From assembly GCF_006345805.1 (NCBI RefSeq), contig NC_042998.1:46500001-46564000 (forward strand): 64,000 nt of DNA. Reading direction: 5' to 3'. The notes under the pieces were generated by a model that was not told where the DNA came from, ran no database searches, and saw only the letters and a list, made by a program, of their open reading frames with translations. Shown here piece by piece: positions 13,829 to 28,967 of the stretch. The stretch's first letter is position 1; every line of letters begins with the position of its first letter. The DNA comes from Octopus sinensis. Lineage: Eukaryota. The translations under genes were made by a program, and so were the position numbers.

Positions 13829-14430
<602 letters not shown>

Positions 14431-15638
14431 AATTATATACGTATATACACATTAAAGTAGACGTATACAGGCAGGCGGTCGGTTCTATCTGACTTAATCA
14501 CCCTGGTTGCTACCACTTGTGGAGCAAAGCCTAAGATAAGACATATTTTCCTATGTTATCATCCTGTTTTGATTCTTTTGTATTTTGTATTCTTCTTCAT
14601 TTTAAACCCAGACTAATTTTCTAAACCATGTAAGCAAGTCAGTTTCGTCTTACAAACGTCTTTCGTTCGTAAATTGAATCTCTGCATCTATCGTGATACG
14701 CTTGAATTCCAGTTATTCGCCTCAGGATAGCTAAAAATCTAGTCGTTTTCTTCCTCAGGAGGGGGTATCGAGTGGGTTATTTTTCTCGAGCAACCTATTC
14801 AGTTACTCACGGCGCCATTTTAATTATATATATGCTGCAACCTCTGTTCACTTTGAACGACAAGTTTTTTAAAAAAAATAAAGATAAAATATATTTTCTC
14901 CTCACCTGAAATTTATTAAGATAGATATGTGCATGTCTTTTTCCGACCGAAAGACATCAATCTCACTGAGCTGAACTACATTTGGAGAAAAAAACATCAA
15001 ACAAACAGATCCATTAAAAGAAACCAGCAAATTCTTAATTTAATATTGTCGTAAATCTATGATATGAAATTATATTTTTGGGGACACGAAACTATGTCAG
15101 CCATTATGGTAACATAAGTTAGTGATACAAACTAACTCTACAGTTGAGCAATAGTATAAGATTAAGAAAATGTATATTTTTTGTATATTTTCCATTACTT
15201 GTAAAGACGTTTTATCATGCACAATATTGAATTCCTTAAATAAGCAGATAACTCAAGAGTTATTCATAGACATTAAAATTCATTAAACAATAACATATAG
15301 TGTGAAAAGCCCATACAAAGTATTAAGAGTAACTGCACATGTTACAGTATAAAAGTGAGTACTAGTGTCGGTTTGTTCGACTAAAACCTTCAAGGTGACG
15401 TCCCAGCAAGGCCGTAGTTCAATGACTGAAACAAGTAAAAAATAATAAAGATAAGTAAGACTGACTGAGCAAAGTAGAAGAGTATGACAGTAAACGTTAT
15501 GAACCAATGATGACAATCAAGTGAATTAGACAAGATTAGAAAATTTGGGTTGAAGCATAGCAGTCTTCAATACAGGAGTTTTACATGGTAGCGTATCAGC
15601 TGTTGATCAAAACTGAAGACTGTGTCTATCGTGTAGAA

Positions 15639-15900
15639 CAGTGGCTCTTAGCCATTTTTTTACCTATTAAACCCCTTTGATTCTTTTTGTTTTTACTCAG
15701 GGGGTGAGACCCTCACAGCCATTCGATGTCTAAAACCTATCATACTTTTTATGCTTAAATATCATTGGGAATTGTATATAAAAATGTTTAAATATTTTGT
15801 GTGTTGTTGAAATATAACCAGTTTATTGCACATAAAGTTTTAACTACAAAATCTTATATGAACCCTCAAGGGCCAAATGGACTCCGGTTGAGAACCACTG
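15639..15900. mobile_element. hAT (Charlie-like) MITE
   Basis: Ends CAGTGGCTCTTAGCC...GGTTGAGAACCACTG; 8-bp TSD GTGTAGAA/CTGTAGAA (7/8 match). Confidence 0.8.
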
Positions 15901-16243
15901 CTGTAGAAGATGCCTTGTTTTTGAAGAACAGATTTGGTGTTATATGTAGAATTACCTTATCTAATGGATCCTTTAACCTTTTGAACAACAGTAGTGTGTA
16001 ATTTCAAAGGGACTTGGCGGTTGTTTCTAGCCGGTCGTGAGAGATTGACCAGCATTTTTTCACTAGCCGGTCATGAGAGATTGACTAGCGATGATGTGGC
16101 CTTTAGCTTTGATGTATAGAGTTTCGATGGTTTATCTCAAGAAGAATTCAGGAAAACGGCTCAGAAGAAGTGAGGTGACAGCAAACTATGAAAGTTAATA
16201 TTCTCTCTCAATCATAAATCTTGTCATTACTCGGGGCCAAGAA

Positions 16244-16455
16244 GGTGGTGAGCTGGCAGAGTCGTTAGCACGCCGGGCGAAATGCTTAGCAGTTTTTCGT
16301 CCGTCTTCACGTTCTGAGTTCAAATTCTGCCGAGGTAGACTTTATCTTTCATCCAACCGGGGTCGATAAAATAAGTACCAGTTGAGCACTGGGGACAATG
16401 TAATCAACTTATCCACCCCCAAATGCTGGCCTTGTGCCAAAATTTTAAATTATTA
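16244..16455 (+). mobile_element. SINE family A
   Basis: Full head, body and GGCCTTGTGCCAAAATTT tail. Confidence 0.85.
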
Positions 16456-17034
16456 TTTGGGGCCTGGTCAGTACTAATCTGGCAGATCTATGATCAATGA
16501 CATCCCAGCTCTAACAATTTCATATTTACTTTTCCACTCACAGTTTATTTAGAACAATAATTTCCCAATGTATTCCTCCTTGTATTTTAAGATAGTAATG
16601 TGTATTATAAGAGAGTGTTCACTGTCGCATTTAGCAAGTCGAGTGACTGCAGAAAAGATGTCCATCAGCTTGAAGATTACCATTTAAACGTCTGAGATTC
16701 CTGATCATCCTACAGAGTAAATATGTTGAGTATTTTCAAGGAACTATACATTGGGCGCAAAACAAAACTTTGGAGATAATACAGATTTTCAGTCGTTCAT
16801 TAAACATTAATAGCGAATCCTAGTTTAGAAAATTAAACTAAACGTAGGAGTTAGACATGTGATAAAATGTTTTCTCGAATAGAATTTATACACTTGTCTT
16901 AAAAGCATCGCTAGGAATTTGCTCACCTTAGGTTCTTGGTGGTAATTCTACTATCATGCCATTACTGTTTCGAGTCCTAGGACTTATAGGGTCTGTTGCC
17001 GCTTTTCATGACATATAAGCAACTGAGATAACGA

Positions 17035-17210
17035 CACTCCTCCTGGACTGGAAACCAGTCCATCATTGTGTTAATCATTTAAAGTGGACTGGAGCAATGT
17101 GAAATGAAATGTTTTGCTCAAGAACACTATGCACTGCCGACCCGGGAATCGTAACCACGATCTAGCACATGTGGGTGCAACATCCTTACCATTAGGCCAT
17201 GTGCCTTCAC
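17035..17210 (-). mobile_element. SINE family D (degenerate)
   Basis: Reverse complement of the GTGTTCTTGAGCAAGACACTTCATTTCAC body seen at 46011. Confidence 0.65.
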
Positions 17211-18349
17211 TTTATTTACATCCGTTCATTAAAAGATAAATAGCGGTTTAGACGTTTGAACTAAATTATAGAAGTTAGACATTTAATGAAAGATTTTTTC
17301 GAATAGAATTTATTTGTGTCTACAAATGTCGGCGAGTATTTGTTAAATATTTGTTAGGTTTTTGGTAGAAATTCTACTATACTATGAGTTTTATAAATAT
17401 AACTCAAATGTAGAAAGGGATTCGATATTTGCAAAATAATATACCGCGCGGCATCTATAGAAAGATATCTTTTTGAAAATTTGAGACCCCAAATAATGAC
17501 AAGATTTATGATTGAGAGAGAATACAAGCTTTCAAATTCTTAGCGAGTGAGTCACTTGTTCTGAGCCGTTTTCCTGAATTCTTCTTGAGTCAAAACATCG
17601 AAACTCAGGTTATACATCAAAGCTAAAGGCCACATTATCGCTTGTCAATCTCTCATGACCGGCTAGAAACAACCACCAAATCTCCTTCAAATTACACTCT
17701 ACTGTTATTCAAAAGGTTAAAGGATCCATTAGATAAGGTAATTCTACATATAACACCAAATCTGTTCTTCAAAAAACAAGGCATCTTCTACAGCAGTGGT
17801 TCTCAACCGGAGTCCATTTGGCCCTTGAGGGTTCATATAAGATTTTGTAGTTAAAACTTTATGTGCAATAAACTGGTTATATTTCAACAACACACAAAAT
17901 ATTTAAACATTTTTATATACAATTCCCAATGATATTTAATCATAAAAAATATGATAGGTTTTAGACTGGTATCCTCTCTGCTTCAAGCATTCAGACCAGT
18001 TCTCCGGCTTGAGGACACCTTCTTCCGATTATCCTGCATATATCGTCTCGGGAACCTTGTAAAATGTCACGTATACTGCCTTCTCTTCTGACCAAAGTAT
18101 GCAAACAGGACTCATATTTAAAGATAACATCTCTGGGTAATAACCAGTATGAAGTTAGGATCTTCTTTAAAGACTAAAACAATCAACAGAAAACTGATAT
18201 AATAACATTCCTGTGTTTCTTGTAGTTTATATTTAAACTTGCTCATGTCATATATATATTATCAGACACTTTGTGATGCTCCACCTACAAACAGCAGCAC
18301 TGTTTCTCAATCGTTATTATGGCACCTTGAGAAAAAGTACACTTTTAAA

Positions 18350-18780
18350 CTTTTTACTTGTTTCAGTAATTTGACTGTGGCCATGCTGGGGCACCGCCTT
18401 TAGTCGAACAAACTGACTCCAGGACTTATTCTTTGTAAGCCTAGTACTTATTCTATCGGTCTCCTTTGCGGACCGCTAAGTTACGGGGACGTAAACACAC
18501 CAGCATTGGTTGTCAAGCGATGTTGGCGGGGGGGGGCTAACAGACACACAAACACACACATACACACACACACACACACACACAATCACACACAAACACA
18601 CACATACAGATATATGGCGGGCTTCTTTCAGTTTCAGTCTACCAAATCCACTCACAAGGCTTTTGTTGGCCCGAGGTTATAGTAGAAGACATTTGCCCAA
18701 GTTGCCATGCAATGGGACTGAACCCGGAACCATGTGGTTGGTAAGCAAGTAACTTACCACACAGCCACTCCTGCGCCTAT
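18350..18780 (-). mobile_element. SINE family B
   Basis: Full-length reverse-complement match to 8156-8553 and 50581-50970. Confidence 0.85.
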
Positions 18781-18939
18781 GTGTGATTTTAATTTATTAA
18801 TCGGTTCATAATGCCACCTTTTACTCCTCTTTTATTGCTCATTTCAGAAGTGAAAACTCTAAGGAAACAGTTCATATTACAAAGTATGGAGAAAGAAACG
18901 TTTTGCTTTTGGAATCTAAAGGGTTACATAAATAATACG

Positions 18940-19183
18940 ATTACCACCACCACCACCACCACCACCACCACCACCATCAATAACAACAACAACAGCACCA
19001 ACACCACCATCATTTACACCAAAAACATCACCACGACTACCATCATCAAGAACATAGAAACACCAATCGCATCCGTTACCACCACAACCACCGGCACCAC
19101 AAGTACCACTGATCCCAGGACTTATACCACCACCACTACGGCTACAGCCGCCGCTGCCGTCACGAACACTACCATCATCTTCT

Positions 19184-19253
<70 letters not shown>
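18940..19253. repeat. Imperfect (CAC)n/(AAC)n tract ending in perfect (TAC)n
   Basis: Directly visible; source of the Thr-rich ORF. Confidence 0.9.
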
Positions 19254-19747
19254 CTGTTGTAGTACTTCTGTTTACCTTTTATTTCCAAATCTGTCATACA
19301 AAAATCATTAGAAAAGCATTACATTTTTCTTAAACATTCATTATCGCACAACTGTTCTCCGCCAAAAGAAAGAAAAAAACAAAACAAAAAACAGAACAAA
19401 ACGGAAAACTGAAACATAAACAAAAGCCCCTCCCATCAAATAATGGTCTATATATTATCACTCATAAATGAATATATATATATATGTATGTATATATATA
19501 TATATATATATACACACACATGTATACACACGCATATTTATAAATATACATGTACATATACATGCATACATCCACACACAAATATATGTATATATACACC
19601 ACACCTAAATAGCTATATATATATATATATAGTACACATACATACATACATGCATGCATACATACATACATACATCATACTACATACACATACATACATA
19701 CATAAATACATACAAACATAATACATACATATATACATATATAATTA

Positions 19748-19812
<65 letters not shown>

Positions 19813-20126
19813 GCTAACGCTTTCTTTTTGTTTTCTTTCATTACTGGACGCCGGCCTTCTCTGAACTTAATCTAGCCTTTTTTTCTACTTCATTGAGTTT
19901 TCTGCCCCTCCCTAAGTCTGGTTCAGTTTTCTAGTTTATTTTGTTATTCCTTCTCTTTCAATTCCTCTACTAGAGATTATATAGGTTAAAAAGTTTTTCG
20001 TTAGCCTCACCAGGAAACATTAATAATTGCTTAGAGGGTGTTGTTATATCAAGTAGATTATTGGTTTGATGTGATACGACAATCTTGCACACAGTGTGTA
20101 ATTAATGTTTGTGTGTGTATGCATGA

Positions 20127-20179
<53 letters not shown>

Positions 20180-20547
20180 AATGAATGTTTGAATGTGTAT
20201 ACGTATTTATGTGATATATGAGCGTGTAGTGTGTGATGTGTGGTGTGAGGGTGTGTAGTGTGTGTTTATGTAAGAGGGAATGTCTGTGTGAGAATGATAG
20301 CGTTTTTTCCCCTTCTTATATATATGACAGCATACCTGTATAAATGTGCGTAGTGAAACGAACCTACTTTGATATACACACACACAAACACACACTCACA
20401 CACACACATGCACATACATACATACATACACAAACATACATACTTACGTACATATATACCTCCCACAATTATATATATACATAGAACTGTGTGTATATAC
20501 ATGTGTATATATGTATGTGCGTATACGCATATGAATATACATATATT

Positions 20548-20570
20548 TTTTATCAATATCTATCTATCTA

Positions 20571-20617
<47 letters not shown>

Positions 20618-20620
20618 CAT

Positions 20621-20687
<67 letters not shown>

Positions 20688-20698
20688 ACTGTCTATCC

Positions 20699-20763
<65 letters not shown>

Positions 20764-20774
20764 ACTGTCTATCC

Positions 20775-20813
<39 letters not shown>

Positions 20814-20816
20814 ATC

Positions 20817-20856
<40 letters not shown>

Positions 20857-20861
20857 GTCTG

Positions 20862-20905
<44 letters not shown>
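20548..20905. repeat. (TCTA)n array, 5' flank of Tx1 insertion
   Basis: Directly visible. Confidence 0.95.
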
Positions 20906-20906
<1 letters not shown>

Positions 20907-23879
20907 GCCCTCAAGAGAGCAGTAAAAGCAGAAGCGATTAGGTACAGCAAAGCACTAGCCATAGACAGAAATAGAGTAGAGGGTGAGCTAGTTAAGAAGC
21001 TAGAAGAGGCAATTAGAAGCGGCATCGCATCCCGACGTTTTTGGCGGCGAGGTTGGCCCTCGACCAACACTTCAACGCCAAACACGAAGGATGTGCTGTC
21101 AGAGCTAGGATGCGTGCTCTAAGGAACGAAGGTGTTGAGCCGCGAGAGAGGCCCGGGTGGCAGAGGCGCAACAGGGCAACAAAGCCACCATTCGGTCACT
21201 GGTAGATGAACAGGGGCGCGAATTGCCTCGAGCCAAGTAAAAGTGTGAGGCCTTTCAGCAGCATTTTGCCCGACTGTTCGGAACGAGTGAGGGCAAGAAC
21301 GTAGGTGGACTTCAGTGCCTACCTACATAGCCTACCACGACTCTCGACAAGAAAGGCAGGGGTGCTGCGAAGGTGCCATCACGGCGGCGAAGTGCGGGAA
21401 GCGATGGCAGAATGCTCGAGGGGACAAATCACCGGGTTTGGATGGTCTACCCTACGAGCTTTACAATTGTATGCCAGACTTGTTTGGAGATCTCTTGGCG
21501 GCGGTGTACTGCAACTGGCAGCAAAACGGGAGCATTCCTGGTTTTGTGAGCCGAGGAGCCGTAACACTGCTGAAGAAAGATCTAAACAAGGGAAATGTAA
21601 TAGATAACTTTAGGCCCATCACTCTGCTTAATGCAGACTTGAAAATTTTGGCCAAGGTGCTAGCCAAGAGGTTGCGCTTGTCATCGAGAAACTGGTCGAC
21701 AAGGCGCAACATGCGCCGTGTGCAGGCCGGACCATCCATGACAACCTCCATCTGATGCGCTACATCATAGACAGGGTAGTTAACGAACCTGGCATGGGTG
21801 GGGCCCTGATCAACTTGGATCAATCGAAAGCCTTTGATAGGGTAGACCATCGATACTTGGAGGCAGTCCTGAGAGCGCTGGTTTCGGTCCCGTCTCCGCG
21901 GCTGGATAGCTGCCTTGTACAGAGGCATCCGTTCGGTAATTCGCGTAAATGGACATCTATCGAGACCTTTCGACATTGCACGTTCGGTCCGTCAGGATGC
22001 CCCCTCTCGGCGCTTCTATACGTATTGACTCTTGAGCCACTACTGCGGAAGCTGGCGACTCTAAGGGGCATCCCGCGAGAATTGGGATGCGGGACGAGCG
22101 TGTCTGCATACGCGGACGACGTCACCGTCATAGTGTCTAGCCACGAGCACATCGAGCTGGTCGGCGAGACACTGAAAAACTACGAAGCGGTGACAGGAGC
22201 GAAAATCACCGGGAAAAGTCAGTGGGCTTGCGACTAGGCACCTGGAGAAGCAAGCCCATGCCGTCCACCAGCGCCTCCGTCGTGGGGACGCTGGACCGAC
22301 GGCCGGTTGAGTTGCTCGGGGTCTGGTTCGGTCCGGACCTCCAAGTGGAGAAGAACTGGAACGAGATAACGAGTAGGGTGGTCACCTCGCCCGGCAATGG
22401 GCCGAGAGGAAAACTGTCCCTAAAAGGTCGAGCGGAGGTGGCGAACACGTACCATCGCGTCCGTCATCTACTACCGCCTGACCGTCGTACCTTGTCCCGA
22501 CCCTACCATCACCAAACTACAACGCATCCTCTTTCGCTTCTTGTGGAAAGGATGCGTCCCGATGGTCAGGCGATCCATTTGCTGTCAACAACCGTTAAAA
22601 GGAGGGCTGGGCATGCCGTGGTTGATGATGCGCAGACACGCGCTGAGACTGCGACATCTCTGGCTCTATGTAGACGACGGTGAACAGGTTGTGGTCGCCG
22701 TTTGTGAGGCACGCTTTCCCGCAGCTCGTCTCCATGACCGAACTGCAGTCGTGGATCAAAAAGAGGCCGAGGAAGGGCGAATGGCACCGCGAGTGTCGCG
22801 TTTGCTCTCAAGCAACTCTGCCGTCCTGGGTCGACCTTAAGTGACTTCAAAAACCAAAGCATTCTATAGGGGTTTAGTGGAGGGGAGGTACGACGACGAG
22901 CTCGGGGCGAACCTGGACGTCGACGAGGAGTAGTACCTGACCCGCCTGTTCGGGACGACTTTCGGGCCAGGGCCCATGGACAACTTCCAGAGATCCCTGG
23001 CCTGGCAGTGCTACCGAGAAGCGCTACCCGTTCGGGATAAGCTCTACAGACACGGCTCGAGAAACACGGGGCCGACCTGCCCGAGATGCGGTCAGGCGAC
23101 GAAACCGTTCTGCACGCACTCGTTCAGTGTCCAACAATTTCCGACCTGTGGGCTTATGTCGAACAACTGCTGTCACGTGTGGGACGAGTCGGTTTATCAG
23201 CTGAGTCTATCGTCATATTGTCACGCCTCCTTCCTTCAAACGGGAAGAAGAGCTATTTTCATCATCTTGTGGCTATGGCGAAAGAATGTATCTGGTGGAC
23301 GCGTCTGAAAGGATTGGAGACAAACACTTTCCTCTCTGGTCAATCTCTCATCAACTTCTTCAAGTACCACTTGAAAAGGAAAGTGAGTAGAGAGGCAATT
23401 TTGTCTAGCGAATGTTTAAAAAAAGATGGGTGAATGTAGCAAGATGGCACGTATGAATGACGAAGCCACCTTGAGGCATAGTCCTATGAACCCAGAAATC
23501 GAAAACAGAGAGTTGCTTATTTGCAAAAAAAAAAAAAAAAAAAAAAGAAAAAAATATAAAATGTGACTTCATTGACCGAGTTACCGTGGTCTTTTCCGTA
23601 GGCTTTTCTTTCCACGGGTAAACCTCACCTGTCCCCCCTTTACACTTCATATTGACATTTCTGTGATAACGATCCCAATGATCAATTTTTTTTCCTCTCC
23701 CCTTTTTTTTTTTTTTTTTTAACCCCCCCTTTTTTTGTCCTCTTTCTCTCCTTTTACGATCCCTTTGATCGAAACCCCCTTCCTTTTTTTTTTTTTTTTT
23801 TTTTTTAAACCTTCAAAAGAAAAGCTCTACCTTGTAATTTGTTCTATGTGTGCAGCCCTGTGTGGCTAATAAAGAAACA

Positions 23880-23881
<2 letters not shown>
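20906..23881 (+). mobile_element. 5'-truncated L1/Tx1-clade non-LTR retrotransposon; frameshifted ORF2 (RT plus C-terminal Cys/His motif)
   Basis: [72 protein letters not shown]; 3' UTR ends GGCTAATAAAGAAACATA then (TCTA)n. Confidence 0.9.
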
Positions 23882-23911
<30 letters not shown>

Positions 23912-24569
23912 ATCTATCTATCTATCTATCTATCTATGTATCTATCTATCTATCTGTCTATTCCCCACATACATAAGAGCAGAAAAGATCATAATATATG
24001 TAATAACAGAAAAGTAATAAATGGAAAAAATTTGCCATCATCAACTGTCTCAATAAGGATTCTAGTAGTTTCGACACTTTAAGACAGATGCACATGTGCA
24101 CATGTAGACACACATACATGCGCACATTCACACACATGCGCATATGTACTGTGGCTATAAAAATTAATACGTTTTACGCCAACTAGAGAGCTTTTGTGTA
24201 GTCGACCAACGTACTAGAAATAAAAACCAAATGTGTCTTAGATCACACCTTACTATCTTTAAAAAAAGGAACGCACTGGTTGATGTAGTTTCGGGGTGCA
24301 TTGTGCCTGAGGAAAAGACAGAAACATGCGGTTCTGACTAAAATATGTCTGTATCTAAGTCTGGACGATTACGACTGGAACGTTTTTACTAAAAGACTAC
24401 TCGATCAAGTTTTATCTGGGTTAAATGATAAGAGCAACAAAAGCATGTACACATGTACACACGCTCAATGTCTATTAAATAAAACATTTACTTTTATCCG
24501 TATGCATGGATGATGACCATACCATCAAACGTTGATGTCTTCAAAAATGGCCATAAAATCATGTTTTTA

Positions 24570-24770
24570 ACGATCTACCTGCAGCTCTGAACTTTCACAG
24601 TACTTTTTCCTGCTCGTAACGTTTGCTTTTGATCTGCCTAGTCTGTATCCTCAAATGCTACTGCATCACGTAGAAGTCTCAGCAATTAGGTGCTACTGTG
24701 ATTATTAAATGATGCCGTGGTCTCTAAGTGGTGCTTTGAGAGTATCATGATAGTGCATGACTGTTTTTTA
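24570..24770 (-). mobile_element. RTE-clade LINE C-terminal remnant
   Basis: Minus strand reads YHDTLKAPLRDHGI...AVAFEDT, resembling the RTE C-terminus; colinear with the RT remnant at 25722-25870. Confidence 0.45.
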
Positions 24771-24846
24771 ATCAAAAGTTTTTTTTTTAATAACTGGCTG
24801 CAGTAAATAATAATACACGTACGTACCTGCATATATGCATGCATGC

Positions 24847-24878
<32 letters not shown>

Positions 24879-24913
24879 ACACACACACACATATATATAT
24901 ATATGTATATATA

Positions 24914-25231
24914 CACTGCCTGGTTCTCCGTCAGTTACGACGACAAGTGTTCTAGTTGATACGATCAACCGAACAGCCAGCCTGCGAAGTTAACGTAAAA
25001 TTGTCTGAACACTCCACAGACGCGTACCCTTAACAGAGTTCTCAGGGAGGTTCAGCATGGCATAGAATGTGACAAGGTTGGTTCTATGTAGATACAATAC
25101 AATTTTACTAGCAGGGTGGACTGGTACAACTAGAAGTAAAGTGTCTTGCTCAAGAAAACAACGCACCGATGGAGTCGAACTCACGGCATTATATCGTCAG
25201 TCGAATATCTTAGCCACTAAGTCACACGGCT

Positions 25232-25233
<2 letters not shown>
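24914..25233 (-). mobile_element. SINE with family D head and the ...TTAAGGGTACGCGTCTGTGGAGTG... tail
   Basis: Tail shared with 47871-48244 and 44325-44566; head shared with 46011. Confidence 0.65.
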
Positions 25234-25301
<68 letters not shown>

Positions 25302-25685
25302 TAGTACCTCGGTTTACGAACGCTTCTGATCACAAATAATCATGCTTTAAATATATATATATATATATATACATATACTTTTGTGCCTTATAATTTAACA
25401 CACTCACCGGTAAAATTTCCACTTATTTCTTATTTTTATTTTCCTTGCGTCTTGCAATCTTTTCAAAAGTCTTGACTCTCTCCCGCCTCTTTTTCTTTCT
25501 CTCTGTTTCGCTTTCACTTTCAATCTTTCACTGTATTCTCTCACTACTGACCTCTCAAATTTAAGTTATGTCATACTCCATTAATTCGTAACAGTTAATG
25601 CTTTCTTGATTTTCCTATGGCCTTCTTGCCATTCTAACCATTTATATATTCACTCATTCTTTCTAAATCACACACACACACACAC

Positions 25686-25721
<36 letters not shown>

Positions 25722-25723
<2 letters not shown>

Positions 25724-25870
25724 GCTGGCAAAGTTATCTACTAGTTTCTGCATTTCTTCAGCGCTGTGAGCAACCAGAGCGCTATCATCAGCGAACAGCT
25801 TCAGTCGTACTTGGGCCTTCGTAGTGCTCATCTTTGCTTTGTACCTGCGCAGTATCGAACGCATCAGCAT
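25722..25870 (-). mobile_element. RTE/BovB-like reverse transcriptase remnant
   Basis: LFADDSALVAHSAEEMQKLVDNFA in the ORF track. Confidence 0.75.
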
Positions 25871-25888
25871 CTTTCTATCTATCCATCC

Positions 25889-26263
<375 letters not shown>

Positions 26264-26410
26264 GTGTGTCTGTGTGTCTGTCTCTCTGCCTGCCTGCCTG
26301 CCTGCCTACCTACTTCTCTATCCTTCCTTCCTTCCTTCCCTATTTCCTTCCTTCCTTCCTCCTCCCTCCCTTCATTCCTTCCTTCCTTCCTTCCTTCCTT
26401 CTTTCTGCAG

Positions 26411-26534
26411 ATTTTGAACAGCCTGCACCTCACACCATTTTTCATGAACTCAATGACGGCACGCTGTTACAGCTTGGATCCTATCGTAATTTGCCTGCAA
26501 TGAAGAGCAGGAAGAAGCGTTATTATGAAGAAAG
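26411..26534 (+). CDS. Candidate internal coding exon of unidentified host gene
   Basis: Polypyrimidine tract plus CTGCAG acceptor; open frame (D)FEQPAPHTIFHELNDGTLLQLGSYRNLPAMKSRKKRYYEER; weak donor AAAG|GTTTAC. No family recognised. Confidence 0.3.
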
Positions 26535-26856
26535 GTTTACTTTATCGACTTTTGTTAGTCAAAAAATAGTTATGACTATTTGTGCTTTACTTTTGGTAAT
26601 AACCCGCTTAAATACGAATACACATACGTGTATTCTTAGTAACATACAACAATTCATAGTGAGGTTAAAATTATAAACTTTTTAAAAAGACCATGTCTTA
26701 CATTATATCTATCTGTCTATCTGTCTATCAGTCTGTCTGTCTGTCTGTCTATTTGTCTGCCTATTTGTTTGTCTGTCTGACTGTCTGTCCATATGTAATA
26801 TATGCCTATGTATGTATGTATGTGTGCACGCACCGCTCTCTATGTACACAGACATG

Positions 26857-26908
<52 letters not shown>

Positions 26909-26939
26909 CATATAAATATACAAATATATATGTATATAC

Positions 26940-27059
<120 letters not shown>

Positions 27060-27544
27060 AGCAAACATACAAGTAGTGAAAGAAAGGAAGGTGAAATACG
27101 AAAAGCTGGTGGAACGAATGATTTATATTATAAGGTGTTAGTTTTATATTCTGTTGTAGTTATTGTGCTGTTGTTGTTACTGTTGTTGTTGTCGCAGCAT
27201 AAGTTGTTATTATTGTAATTGTTAATAGTAGTTGGTGTTGGTTGATGTTGATGGCTATTATATTAAGTGGAGGGGAAACACAAACTCTGATAATAATTTG
27301 TCACAAAACCTTTTTCAATGAAGTGCTGTCTTAGCTTCGTGTCAACAGTTGCAATTTGATACTTCTAGCCATCATCTTAAACAATAACACCCGCTCCGCA
27401 AAAATAGATAAATAGATAAATAAGTAAATAAAAGAGACGAGTCCACGTACAAGTTTTTACGTAAGTTGCTTTATGCAGACAGCTAAAATATTTTCTTTAA
27501 TCCAAATCCCCACAATAAAATATTATATGGTCAAAGCTTCTAAT

Positions 27545-28810
27545 CATAACATAATTGTTTCTGATTTAGGCACGCGGCCAGCAGCTTTTTTTTTTTTAGG
27601 GAAGGAGTTAGTTGATATCATCGACCCCAGTCTTGGATCTTTTCGGTTTGGACGGCAGTTTTTAACATAATTTCTAGTAACTAAAAAATTTTAACCTTCG
27701 TATACTGGTAGAATGTGTTTATAAAACAGCTTTTTCTCTTGGCTTTATTGAGAAAATTCTATAGTTTGTAAGATATTTGTTGTTTTATTTTTCTTCAATT
27801 TCTGCAATTTCAACCAATCGATGACGCCCATTGAGGTAAAAAACATTCTGTGCCGTATGAATATGTCCCTCGTTTAAGAAACAGATTGGGTTTATTTACA
27901 TTTCTGAAGAAAAAAGTTACCCTTCCCCCACCCCTGACCCTAACCCTAACTAACCCTAACCCTAAAACAGATTGAAATGCAATAGATCGATACTAGGGTC
28001 ATAATTATGGGTGACAATTTCATGACACCGCTAGAAAAAACTGCCGTTCAAACCGAAAAGATCCCTAGTTTTTATACTGGGACTTTATTTTATCGACCCT
28101 GACGGGATTTGTACTTGGTGTATGAAGAGCTGAAACATGTACCGCAAAGCACATTCCGACGCCTAACGGTTCTGCCTGTTCGCCGTCTTATTCATAACAT
28201 TAACAATGGTTTTTAATTTTGGCGCAAGGCCAGCAGTTTTCAGAGAAGGAGTTAAGTTGATTACGTTGATCTCCAAAACCTGATTTTATTTTAACGATCC
28301 CGAAAGAATGAAAGGCAATGTCGGGATCGGTGGAATCATAACATTAATAATGGTTTCTAATTTTGACACAGCACCAGCAATTTGTAGATTAGAGGTTTAG
28401 TCGATATCATCGATCTCAGTACCTGACTGCTAATTGTTTTTTCGACCCTAAAGGATAAAGAATGAAATTTTGATGGCAGTGGGATTCGAACTCAGAAGGT
28501 AAAGGGCCCTAACAAATAACGCAAAGCATTTTCCCGACGCTTTAACGATTCTGCCAGCTCATCGTTTTACTCACAATATAGCATTAATAATCCTTTTCAT
28601 CACTGGTGCAAGGCCTGAAATATTGGGAAAGGGGGCTAGTCGATTACACTGACCCTCAGAACTTGACTAGTACTTATTTCATCGACCCCAAATGGATGAA
28701 ATGCAATGTGGACCTCGGCGGAATTTGAAATCAGAACGTAAAGACGTGCGAAATGTCATTAAGTATTTTGTTCGATGCGCTAACGATACTGCTAGCTCAC
28801 CACCTTAAAT
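27545..28810 (-). mobile_element. Head-to-tail cluster of four degenerate SINE A copies, the first split by a MITE
   Basis: Repeated minus-strand SINE A motifs near 27545-28190, 28200-28335, 28345-28570 and 28585-28810. Confidence 0.7.
27634..28065. mobile_element. MITE of the same family as 1871-2698 (non-foldback interior)
   Basis: TIR GGATCTTTTCGGTTTGGACGGCAG / CTGCCGTTCAAACCGAAAAGATCCC; first ~170 bp match 1871-2050; CCCTAA repeats near 27935-27964. Confidence 0.8.
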
Positions 28811-28967
28811 ATATAGCATTATATGCCCAAATATATAATATAATACGCCCCAAAACTTGGTTTCTCCACATCTAAGGGACAGCTCAAATAATAAAGGGAG
28901 ACAATATTGTAATACATTGGATTTGAAGGATGGGATTAATATTCAGTTGCGTACATAAGCGATAAGT

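Larger units (their letters stand above)
15729..17967. repeat. ~500-bp inverted duplication (arms 15729-16235 and 17486-17967)
   Basis: Arms are reverse complements; outer half nearly identical, inner half diverged. Confidence 0.85.

Noticed and set aside
18811-19311. Thr-rich mucin-like ORF
   Set aside because: Trinucleotide microsatellite; no signal peptide or splice support; its end is duplicated elsewhere as non-coding DNA.
20906-23881. Programmed frameshifting in Tx1 ORF2
   Set aside because: Many scattered single-base indels relative to copy 3 indicate decay or long-read consensus error, not recoding.
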